A stretch of DNA of 43,189 nt from a virus (Duplodnaviria > Caudoviricetes). The stretch lies in the IMG/VR virus record IMGVR_UViG_3300036793_000087, positions 1-43,189 of that record. One strand, 5' to 3'. Each line of letters begins with the position of its first letter. Position 1 is the first letter of the stretch. Below, one piece after another: positions 25,779-33,158 of the stretch. The position numbers and the translations under genes were made by a program. The notes under the pieces were generated by a model, which saw nothing but the letters and a program-made list of their open reading frames with translations, made no database searches and was not told the origin of the DNA.

Positions 25779-26209
25779 CCGAGAACTGGTCAGGCCCAGC
25801 GCTGGCGGCCTACATCGACCGGCTGAGCGATGCCACCAGCGTGCGCTCTTTTCTCAAGAGCAGGGGGATGGACGCCGCGCAGTACTACAAATGGGCCAGG
25901 GGCCAATCGCCGACGCTGCTGCAGATCCGCCTCGTCGCCGATCAGCTCGGCGTCACCCTCGGCCAATTGCTGCTCGAGATGGGGTGGGGCACGGCGGAGG
26001 ACTTCACCGTGGTCAAGTCCGCCGCCGTGCCGCCGCGGCCGCCGAGCGTCAGCGCTGCGGTGACGGTGCTGGCCGAGAATGCGGAGGAGGAGAAGCTGAT
26101 CCGCGACTTCCTCGTGTTCCTGGCCAACATCCGGGCGGGCGGCGAGACGATCAGAGTCTCAGTACAACCCTCAACCAAGAGCACGAAAGCAAAAAGATCG
26201 GCATCCTGA
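25760..26209 (+). CDS. Immunity repressor-like XRE HTH protein (start may be 25769)
   Basis: GMDAAQYYKWARGQSPTLLQIRLVADQLGVTLGQLL; divergent from the cro-like gene. Confidence 0.75.
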   Translation: MSPMRDTENWSGPALAAYIDRLSDATSVRSFLKSRGMDAAQYYKWARGQSPTLLQIRLVADQLGVTLGQLLLEMGWGTAEDFTVVKSAAVPPRPPSVSAAVTVLAENAEEEKLIRDFLVFLANIRAGGETIRVSVQPSTKSTKAKRSAS

Positions 26210-26303
26210 CTTAACAGGCTCCCAACGTTGTGTAACTATCGGTGCGCGCGCCCTTACTTAGGGGGTTCGCCGCGCCGCGTTGCACAGGGAGTTATACGCC
26301 GAC

Positions 26304-26495
26304 ATGAGCAGACAGACCCATCCATACCACGAGTTCGTTTACCAGACAGCCAGAGCCCGGGCTCACACCCGACGCATGCGCGGACTCAAGCGCACAGCCG
26401 CCGCCGGCCTGCTGGTCGCCATCCTGTACGCAGGGTCACCGCTCGAGGAAATCCCGCACTCGAATCCGATCTGCCAGTTGACCCCTTCTTGCTGA
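26304..26495 (+). CDS. Small putative membrane protein (63 aa)
   Basis: ATG after AGGGAG, basic stretch then AAAGLLVAILYAG. Confidence 0.5.
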   Translation: MSRQTHPYHEFVYQTARARAHTRRMRGLKRTAAAGLLVAILYAGSPLEEIPHSNPICQLTPSC

Positions 26496-26590
26496 ACGGG
26501 GGTTAGCGCTCGGTAGCGCTCCTGGCGTTACGGCGAGCTAACAAGGTGTGTCACCAGGCGGATCTGTCGAACAGGCCGTATACGTCAGTC

Positions 26591-26932
26591 GTGACGCGCG
26601 CGGGCTGGGCCAAACTCGGGGAGTTGTTCCGGCGGGAGCGACTGGCGCGCAAGCTCACCCAGCGTGATTTCGGCGCCGTCGTCGGCATGTCCCCGGCCCA
26701 GGTGCGAAACATCGAGAAGGGTTATCGCGAGGGTTACGACCCGGACACCCTCTTTCTCGTTGATCAGATCATGGATTGGGAATCAGGATCAGCCGAGCGG
26801 GTGTCCCAGGGCGGACGGCCACAGAAGCGCACCGAGCCCGAGATGGTCCGCTTGCGCGAGCTGTGGGCCGAGCTGACCCCCGAGCAGCGCGAGACGCTCC
26901 TGCGGCTCATGGAGCACCTCCGTGACCGCTAA
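26591..26932 (+). CDS. Second XRE-family HTH regulator (~113 aa)
   Basis: LGELFRRERLARKLTQRDFGAVVGMSPAQVRNIEKG. Start position uncertain. Confidence 0.8.
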   Translation: MTRAGWAKLGELFRRERLARKLTQRDFGAVVGMSPAQVRNIEKGYREGYDPDTLFLVDQIMDWESGSAERVSQGGRPQKRTEPEMVRLRELWAELTPEQRETLLRLMEHLRDR

Positions 26933-28155
26933 CTAGGCAACTGCAGAACCTGGGCCAGGCCGTCCATCGCCTTCCGGGCGAGCGCCTGCGAGACGTGCTG
27001 ATAACCCTTCGTCGTCACGATCGACGAGTGCCCGAGGATCGCCTTGATCACCTCGGTGTCGATGTTCGCCTCGAGCAGCAGGGTCGCCGTGGTGTGTCGG
27101 GCCTCGTGCAGCTGGTAGCGCCGCCCGACGGTGCCGTCGAGCTTCGCGACCTGGGCCGCGTCCTGCAGATCGCGCCACGCTGCGGAGTCGGCCGAGGCGG
27201 TCTGCGGACGACCGTCCGGACGGGGCCAGATCAGCCCGTGCGGCGACTCCGGCGCGATCGCGCGCCACTGGGCCAGTGCGGCCGCCATCCACGGCACGAG
27301 CGGAATGAGCCGCTGGCCCTTCTCAGTCTTGGGACGTGTCAGGCACAGCGCACCGTCGAGCTGGCGGTACTCGTACCCATCAGGAACCCGCAGCGCTCCC
27401 GAGCGGCCCGAGACATAGGGCAGGGCCTGCAGTTGCCAGCTGATGTCGATGACACCCTTGGCGGTGTCCACCGCGGGCCAGGTCAGGCCGAGACACTCGC
27501 CCTGGCGCATGCCCTGCAGGAACGCCGCGACCCAGCGCGAACCGTCCGGCAGATCCAGGGCCAACCGCAGCAGGTCGAGCGCGTCGGTTATCTCGATGGC
27601 GTCGCGGTCGGACACCGCGGCCGCCGGAGCGTCGACCATCAGCACCCGCGGCGGCACTTGGTGGCCCTCGACGATCGCGTCCTTGAGCATCTTGGTCAGC
27701 ACGACCTGAGCTCGCAGCGCCGTCGAGCTCGAGCGGCCGGCCTTGCGGATGGCGATCGCCACCGAGCGCACGTCGCCGGGCGTCAGGGTGTCGAGGCGTT
27801 TCTGCCCGATCGTCGGCACGATCCAGCGGCGCACGGCTGAGCGGTCGGTCGCCCACGACTTCGGGCGCAGGTGCCGCTCGGTCTGCTCGAGCCAGACGTC
27901 GGCCCAGCTCTTGACCGTGGTGAACGCCGAGACGCCGGCGGTGGGCACGCCCTCGGCGGCGATCTGCTTCTGCTTGGCCTTGAGCCGGCGCTTGACCTCG
28001 GCCTCGCCCTGCTCGGCGGAGCAGGAGACCGTGATCCGGCGGCGCGTGCCGTTGGCGTTGTAGCCCTGGAGGATCGATCCGAACCAGCGGCCGTCGACCT
28101 CGCGCTGGTAGATCGAGCCGGTGCCGTACTGCCGGCGCTTCCGCTCGGTGGTCAC
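26929..28155 (-). CDS. int: Tyrosine integrase (408 aa)
   Basis: N-terminal RRQYGTGSIYQR arm-binding domain. Catalytic GMRQGE, PKT, HEARH, LGH and TKGY. Start moved to GTG 28155. Confidence 0.95.
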   Translation of the reverse strand: MTTERKRRQYGTGSIYQREVDGRWFGSILQGYNANGTRRRITVSCSAEQGEAEVKRRLKAKQKQIAAEGVPTAGVSAFTTVKSWADVWLEQTERHLRPKSWATDRSAVRRWIVPTIGQKRLDTLTPGDVRSVAIAIRKAGRSSSTALRAQVVLTKMLKDAIVEGHQVPPRVLMVDAPAAAVSDRDAIEITDALDLLRLALDLPDGSRWVAAFLQGMRQGECLGLTWPAVDTAKGVIDISWQLQALPYVSGRSGALRVPDGYEYRQLDGALCLTRPKTEKGQRLIPLVPWMAAALAQWRAIAPESPHGLIWPRPDGRPQTASADSAAWRDLQDAAQVAKLDGTVGRRYQLHEARHTTATLLLEANIDTEVIKAILGHSSIVTTKGYQHVSQALARKAMDGLAQVLQLPS

Positions 28156-28169
28156 AGCGGGCCTCCCCG

Positions 28170-28400
28170 TGTAAGCAATCCTGTAAGCAAAGTCCAGCAT
28201 AAGGCACCGGACGCTACCGTAAGCGCCTGCCCAATGAATACGGGGGCTCTGAGCCTGAACCTCGGCCATTCGGGAGCCGTCTGAGACTAACATATTCACT
28301 CGTAATGAGAAGGTCCGGAGTTCGATTCTCCGAGGCGGCTCAACGGTTACAAGGGGTCAGGGGTCACAGGGGATGACGGTGTAAGCAATCCCGTCAGCAA
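28170..28400. repeat. Integrase arm-type repeats flanking the attP core
   Basis: GTAAGCAATCCTGTAAGCAA at ~28171-28190, GTAAGC at ~28219, and GTAAGCAATCCCGTCAGCAA at 28381-28400. Confidence 0.7.
28296..28341 (+). mobile_element. attP core: 3' half of tRNA-Thr(CGT)
   Basis: TCA-CTCGTAA-TGA anticodon arm, CGGAG-TTCGATT-CTCCG T-arm and 3' acceptor strand. The 5' half of the tRNA is absent. Next to int. Confidence 0.88.
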
Positions 28401-28459
28401 TGTTGCAGGATGGTATCGATCGGTGTTCGATCCCCGTCAGGTGTGCCACCCTGTGCCAC

Positions 28460-28795
28460 ATGAAGCTCATCGGCGGTCTGCTGGCTCTGTTTGGTCTAGT
28501 GCTCGTCGCGGTCGGACTCATCCTCGGCCTCGCGACCGTCAGTCGTGACGGGTTGAGCTGCGGCTCGGCGTTCAGCCCACAGTCCGCCACGGCGGCCAGC
28601 CGTGACCTCACCAACGAGGTGAACGGCTCGCCGAGCACGGTCGTTGCCGACTGCAGTGCGGCGACCGGCGATCGCAAGCCCATCGCCCTGGCCGTGACCG
28701 TCGCGGGCGGCTTGCTCATCGCCGCGGGTGGACTGACCGCTGCGGCCATGTACGACATGAATCACCGGACCCCCCGAACGCCGGCGTTACCATGA
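28460..28795 (+). CDS. Two-TM membrane protein with an extracytoplasmic Cys pair (111 aa)
   Basis: TM - CGSAF...C - TM layout, oriented against the late operon. Confidence 0.75.
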   Translation: MKLIGGLLALFGLVLVAVGLILGLATVSRDGLSCGSAFSPQSATAASRDLTNEVNGSPSTVVADCSAATGDRKPIALAVTVAGGLLIAAGGLTAAAMYDMNHRTPRTPALP

Positions 28796-28986
28796 CCGGC
28801 ATGTACTTCGGCGCAACCGACTCGACGCCCTGCCCTCGTTGCGGTGCCGCCGGTAAGTGGTGGCAGACCCGGCACAGCCGTGAGTTCTACCCGCCGCCCG
28901 GGCATACCCTCATCACCCGCAACCCGCTGGTGATGCAATGCCCACTCGATGTCCAGACACACGAAAACCGCCCCACCCGGCCGTAG
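28792..28986 (+). CDS. Small CxxC protein (64 aa)
   Basis: ATGA coupling, CPRC..C..H motif. Confidence 0.55.
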   Translation: MTGMYFGATDSTPCPRCGAAGKWWQTRHSREFYPPPGHTLITRNPLVMQCPLDVQTHENRPTRP

Positions 28987-29008
28987 CCGAGCGGGGCGGT
29001 TCCGTTTT
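28962..29008. terminator. Bidirectional intrinsic terminator
   Basis: aaccgcccc...ggggcggtt stem with A and T runs on the flanks, between convergent genes. Confidence 0.75.
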
Positions 29009-29017
29009 GTCGTGCGG

Positions 29018-29773
29018 TCAGGTTGCCGAGCGGATCGTCCAGAAGTCCGAGGCCAGGTCTGGGTCGGTCAGGAATGTGTAGGGCATCAGGAAGTGGCCGT
29101 TGATTCCCCAGTCGGTGCCCCAACTGTTGCGGACCAGGAACATCCCCTTGGCGTCGTCGTAGCCGACCACGGCGACACAGTGCCCGCCCACGATCTGCTC
29201 ACCCCGCTGAGGCATCGGCACGACGCCTGTGGCCGCAACCTCGGGCGACTCGAAGGACTCGAAGACGGTGAAGCCGATGTCGATCGGGAATCCCTCGGCG
29301 AGACAGGCCCGCATGTGAGTCAGATCCTGCGGGACCCGCCGGTAATCGACGTCGACGTTGGCCGCTGCCGCCTGCACAACCTCGGGCGGTGGCTGGACCG
29401 TGAACTTGTCGATGTCGTATGGCCACAGCGACTCGGGCGCGATGCCGAGCGTGGTCGCCTTGATCGCGTCGCGGATCTGGCCGCCGGCGTCCTGGCCGAC
29501 GGTGCCTTCGATGGCGCGTGTGTTGTAGTACAGCTGCAGCCGCGACAGCATCGGGTCGCCGGCGCCGAGCTTGTTGGCCGCGAACAGGAAGCAGCCCAGG
29601 GTGCCGTGCGCGGTGCACGAGCCGAGCTGCTCCTGATTCCAGATCGGCGGCATCGCCGGGGCGGTGGACAGGTCGACCAGCGCGGGCAGCTGCGCGATCA
29701 CGGGCGCCGGCGCAGCGTAGGTCAGGTCACGTGGGTCGTGATCGTCCTTGATCCAGCCGTAGGCGTTAGTCAT
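29018..29773 (-). CDS. Papain-like (C1) cysteine peptidase (251 aa)
   Basis: Q..LGSCTA (catalytic Cys), GGHCVAVVGYD (His), RNSWG..WG..G (Asn), and YGW..D..D.RD N-terminus. Confidence 0.92.
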   Translation of the reverse strand: MTNAYGWIKDDHDPRDLTYAAPAPVIAQLPALVDLSTAPAMPPIWNQEQLGSCTAHGTLGCFLFAANKLGAGDPMLSRLQLYYNTRAIEGTVGQDAGGQIRDAIKATTLGIAPESLWPYDIDKFTVQPPPEVVQAAAANVDVDYRRVPQDLTHMRACLAEGFPIDIGFTVFESFESPEVAATGVVPMPQRGEQIVGGHCVAVVGYDDAKGMFLVRNSWGTDWGINGHFLMPYTFLTDPDLASDFWTIRSAT

Positions 29774-29936
29774 CGGACCCGCCGCAGTTTTCGGCCGACC
29801 GAATAGCCAGGCTGATGCCGGGTGGCGGGACGTCTGTGAGTCCTTCGGCATAGAGCTTGGTCCAGCTCCGGATCCAGAGCCACATCGCCACTGCGCCAGC
29901 GCCAGGCAGCGCCAGGCCGATCACGAGAATCCTCAC
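29766..29936 (-). CDS. Small membrane protein (56 aa, MRILVIGLALPGAGAVAMWLW...)
   Basis: GAAAGGA RBS, one TM segment, fills the gap. Confidence 0.45.
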   Translation of the reverse strand: MRILVIGLALPGAGAVAMWLWIRSWTKLYAEGLTDVPPPGISLAIRSAENCGGSDD

Positions 29937-29955
29937 ACCAAAACTTCCTTTCGGC

Positions 29956-30186
29956 TCATCGCCAGATCGCGAACACGAGGTGCACGGAAAGCCAGATCAT
30001 GAAACCGGTCAGGAGGACGTGGGCTGTGCCCCACTGCCAGACCGTTTGGCCCGGGAGCACGTTGCACCAACGCCAGATGGCCTCGGACAGCGTCCACTCG
30101 GGATGCTTGGTGACGATCGCGACCGTCTCCACCCCGCCGAATCCGATCAGCAGGAATCCGGCCCAGTACCAGTTGAACCAGGTCAT
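29956..30186 (-). CDS. Trp-rich two-TM membrane protein (76 aa)
   Basis: MTWFNWYWAGFLLIGFGGVE..TLSE..W..WLSVHLVF; TGATG-coupled to the PLD gene. Confidence 0.75.
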   Translation of the reverse strand: MTWFNWYWAGFLLIGFGGVETVAIVTKHPEWTLSEAIWRWCNVLPGQTVWQWGTAHVLLTGFMIWLSVHLVFAIWR

Positions 30187-30728
30187 CACGCCGCCTTTGC
30201 TGCCATGACTTCGAGGATGTGGTCGTGGGCGATGTCGAGGACCGACCGTGCCCTCGCGCAATGCATCGCATCGCGGACGACGGTGAGCTCGTTGTCCTGC
30301 AGCGTCTCGCCGCTGGTGCTCCAGTTCGTCGAGCCGCCGATCCACCACAGGCCGTCGACGATGACCATCTTGCGGTGCACGATGGCGCCCTTCTCGGAGC
30401 GCCCGATCGCCACCGAGTTGCCGGTCATCTCGTGCTTGAACTTCTCGAGGATCGCCTTCTCGTGAACCCCGCCGGCCTGCGACGAGTCGAGGGTGATCTG
30501 CACGTGCATATTCGGGTTCAGCAGCGCGCTGTCGAGCATCGCCGCGAGCTTGTCGTCGTCGTAGCCGAACATCGACACGACGACCGAATGCAGCGCGGAG
30601 CCGATGACCCTCTGGAGCACCAACGGGACCTTGTCGATCGGCGCGTAGAACGACCGGATCATGTCCAGGCTGCCCACGGGCGGGGCAGCGAGCAGGAACT
30701 CGTCCAGGTCGGCGATGCTGAGGGTCAC
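30186..30728 (-). CDS. Phospholipase D-superfamily protein with a single HKD motif (180 aa)
   Basis: HRKMVIVDG-x5-GSTNWS...NE motif. Confidence 0.9.
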   Translation of the reverse strand: MTLSIADLDEFLLAAPPVGSLDMIRSFYAPIDKVPLVLQRVIGSALHSVVVSMFGYDDDKLAAMLDSALLNPNMHVQITLDSSQAGGVHEKAILEKFKHEMTGNSVAIGRSEKGAIVHRKMVIVDGLWWIGGSTNWSTSGETLQDNELTVVRDAMHCARARSVLDIAHDHILEVMAAKAA

Positions 30729-30919
30729 GCTGCTGGCGGGGTGACCGGGGTTTTGGCGTTGGGCACCCGGTACACGCCGAGGGCCGTGGCGACCGAGATG
30801 ACGCAGGTCGCGATGGTCAGCGCGGTGCCGTGCACGAATCCGAGGGACACGAGCTCGGCGACACCGCCGAGGACCGGGACGATGGCCTTGCGGACGGTGG
30901 CGATCTTGGGCAGCTTCAT
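30725..30919 (-). CDS. Putative holin (64 aa)
   Basis: Two hydrophobic segments, RKAIV..ALGVYRVPN, directly after the endolysin. Confidence 0.7.
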   Translation of the reverse strand: MKLPKIATVRKAIVPVLGGVAELVSLGFVHGTALTIATCVISVATALGVYRVPNAKTPVTPPAA

Positions 30920-30929
30920 GTTGTTCTCC

Positions 30930-31874
30930 TTAGTGGGCGGTGAGTTGGATGTGCTGGGCGAGTACGGGCGCCATGGCGATCGCGAGTGCGTTCGCGTCCG
31001 GCTGCCCGGCGGGGTGTGCGGCGACGGCCGCGTTGATGACCGGGGTCAGGTCGGCGACGAGCGCGGTCTCGCTGACGCCCGGCACCTTCGCAGCGACGGC
31101 CGTGGCGATGTTGGCAGGCAGCGTCGCCAGCGAGTTGTAGGTACGGTCCGCTGCGGACGATGCAACCGTCAGCCACTGCGAGGCGGCCTTCGCTGGCCCG
31201 ATCGGCTTGCCTGTGGCGTCTTCCGGTGCGATCGGGTGCTCCCAGATCTGGCCGAGTTCCTCTTGCGTGAGCGTCATTCGTTCTCCCATGAGTCCGAGCG
31301 GGGTGTGCTGGATGTCGTTGACGTCGACCGGTAGCCCGGCAGCGCGCGGGTCGTTGTAGCGCTGCAGCAGGTCCGCGTGGGGCGACGGGCCATAGCTGAA
31401 TGAGGTGGAGTTGGACTGCCAGCCGTGCTTGGCGTGGCCGTGGCTGATGATGTAGTCGATCGCGTAGGAGTTGCCGTACAGGCCCGGGATCGGGATGTGG
31501 CTGGCGAAGGCGGCCATCCCCGCGTCGACCGTGCTCTCCTGTGCGACTGCGGTGTTCCAATCGGCGGCCAGGTACCCGACGAAGCTGGAGAGGTCGTAGC
31601 CGAGGCTCTTGACGCCGGTGGCGAGGTTCGAGCCGAGGTAATGACCGGCTGGGGCGCCGCCCAGGATGTCCTCCGCGCCGTTCTCGATTACGACGCCGAG
31701 CAGCAGACTGTGGGCGAGCCAGTCGTCAACGTTCGCCTTCGTGGCGTTCTTGCGGGTGTCGTCGCACCCCGCGTAACAGATGACGCCGACGCAGCCGCGC
31801 GCTTTGAGCGTCGCGCCGCTGACGTTGTCGTGGCCGAAGGACAGGTCAGCGATCCACGGTGCAATCGTCGTCAT
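30930..31874 (-). CDS. Endolysin with a GH25-like/DUF1906 glycoside hydrolase domain (314 aa)
   Basis: GVICY, YLAADW, GLYG, WQS and VDVN motifs; lies in the lysis region. Confidence 0.8.
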   Translation of the reverse strand: MTTIAPWIADLSFGHDNVSGATLKARGCVGVICYAGCDDTRKNATKANVDDWLAHSLLLGVVIENGAEDILGGAPAGHYLGSNLATGVKSLGYDLSSFVGYLAADWNTAVAQESTVDAGMAAFASHIPIPGLYGNSYAIDYIISHGHAKHGWQSNSTSFSYGPSPHADLLQRYNDPRAAGLPVDVNDIQHTPLGLMGERMTLTQEELGQIWEHPIAPEDATGKPIGPAKAASQWLTVASSAADRTYNSLATLPANIATAVAAKVPGVSETALVADLTPVINAAVAAHPAGQPDANALAIAMAPVLAQHIQLTAH

Positions 31875-32353
31875 GGGCTGGCCTCCTCCGGTGGGAATTC
31901 GGGGTCGAGTCGATTGATCTGGTCCTTGATGGAGCTGCCGCCGTTGGGCTGTACCTCGTGGTGCACGACAGCGACCTGCTCCTCCACCCCGCCGAGTCGG
32001 ACGTCGAGGTCGGCGAGTATCGCGGCGGTCCGCTTCTCCTGCGCGACGAGCGCTGCCTTGACCTCCTCGCGGGTGCGGGCCGATTCGGATTCCGCGGCGC
32101 CCAGCGCGTTCTTGACGTCGACACGGTCATCGCTGAGCGTTTTCTGGTTGGCCTCGATGGATTTGAGCCGCTCCATCACGCCCGGGCGTGCATCGACCCC
32201 TGGTCGGGCCGGGGTTCCCTCGTAGTCGTCGAGGAACAGCACGAGCCTCTTGAACGCTTTCCAGCCCTTGCGGACCGCCCACAGGATCGGCGGGACGAAC
32301 GCGGTGACACCGGCGGCGAGGCCTGCGACTGCGAACCAGAATGTGTCGCTCAT
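31871..32353 (-). CDS. Lysis-region membrane protein (160 aa)
   Basis: N-terminal TM, G.PARPG..RPGVMERL and HEVQPNGGSSIKD motifs. Confidence 0.75.
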   Translation of the reverse strand: MSDTFWFAVAGLAAGVTAFVPPILWAVRKGWKAFKRLVLFLDDYEGTPARPGVDARPGVMERLKSIEANQKTLSDDRVDVKNALGAAESESARTREEVKAALVAQEKRTAAILADLDVRLGGVEEQVAVVHHEVQPNGGSSIKDQINRLDPEFPPEEASP

Positions 32354-32742
32354 CAGCAACCCACCGCCAGCCAGAAGACGAACGACGTGCCGGTGGTGAG
32401 CTGGGTGCCGGCGGTGTTGTAGTTCTTCACGATGATTCCGACCTGGCTGCTGCCGGTGATGTCTGCGCGGCCGCCGCCGTTGAGGGTCACGAACGGCGCG
32501 ACGAGGCCGTTGGGAAACGTGAACGGGAAGTTGATCGTCGTGCCGCCGGCGGCGTTCGCGACTGACGCCGTGCCGGACTGCAACAGCAATGGCGCCACGA
32601 GAGCGCCGGTGTCGATCCCGCCGGTCCCGAACCATCGCGGGGCGTTGTTGACGTCGACGAGGTTGTCCCGGACGTGGGTGTTCATGATCGCCGCGGTGAT
32701 CGTCTCGCCGGCGACCCACGTGCGGGGTGTAGTCCAGGCCAT
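32353..32742 (-). CDS. Minor tail / fibre protein (129 aa)
   Basis: MAWTTPRTWVAGETITAA.MN..VRDN N-terminus, LQSG..INFPFTFP..WLAVG C-terminus. Confidence 0.75.
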   Translation of the reverse strand: MAWTTPRTWVAGETITAAIMNTHVRDNLVDVNNAPRWFGTGGIDTGALVAPLLLQSGTASVANAAGGTTINFPFTFPNGLVAPFVTLNGGGRADITGSSQVGIIVKNYNTAGTQLTTGTSFVFWLAVGC

Positions 32743-33158
32743 CAGCCGACTCCCATCGCACGGTTCTCAGCTCGGATAAGTGCGACGGTTTCGCCGGGCA
32801 GCCAGTTGCGATTGGTCGTCGGCCGGCTGGACAGTGCCCGCTCGAGCGCGGCTCGGTTGCCAGGCCACTTGATCGGCCGCCAGCATCCCTCGAGGGCGCC
32901 GTTGCCGCAGCAGTGGCACATGAACCGCAGGTCGGTCGCGCAGGCCAGCTGCGCGGCGTGACAGTCCGGGCATTCGGCGATCCAGCGGCCCTCGTTGGCG
33001 AACACCAGGATCGGCTTGACCTTGGTCAGCTTCGCCGCCGGCTGGAAGGGGCGATCGGCCGTCCATAGGTCGAGCCGCGCGGGGCACCATTCCGCGCCGG
33101 CAGCGGCCGGAATGTGGCGCACCGCCGGGTGATCGGCGTACCAGGCAGCGTCGCGCAT
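32742..33158 (-). CDS. Tail-region Zn-binding protein (138 aa)
   Basis: NEGRWIAECPDC..CHCC..RNWLPGET motif, TGATG couplings. Confidence 0.7.
   Translation of the reverse strand: MRDAAWYADHPAVRHIPAAAGAEWCPARLDLWTADRPFQPAAKLTKVKPILVFANEGRWIAECPDCHAAQLACATDLRFMCHCCGNGALEGCWRPIKWPGNRAALERALSSRPTTNRNWLPGETVALIRAENRAMGVG

Noticed and set aside
28156-28299. 48-aa N-terminal extension of the integrase in the ORF track
   Set aside because: It overlaps the attP arm sites and core. The typical integrase N-terminus starts at GTG 28155 after GGGAGG.
28296-28341. Functional phage tRNA gene
   Set aside because: The 5' acceptor strand and D-arm are missing, so it is an attP core.
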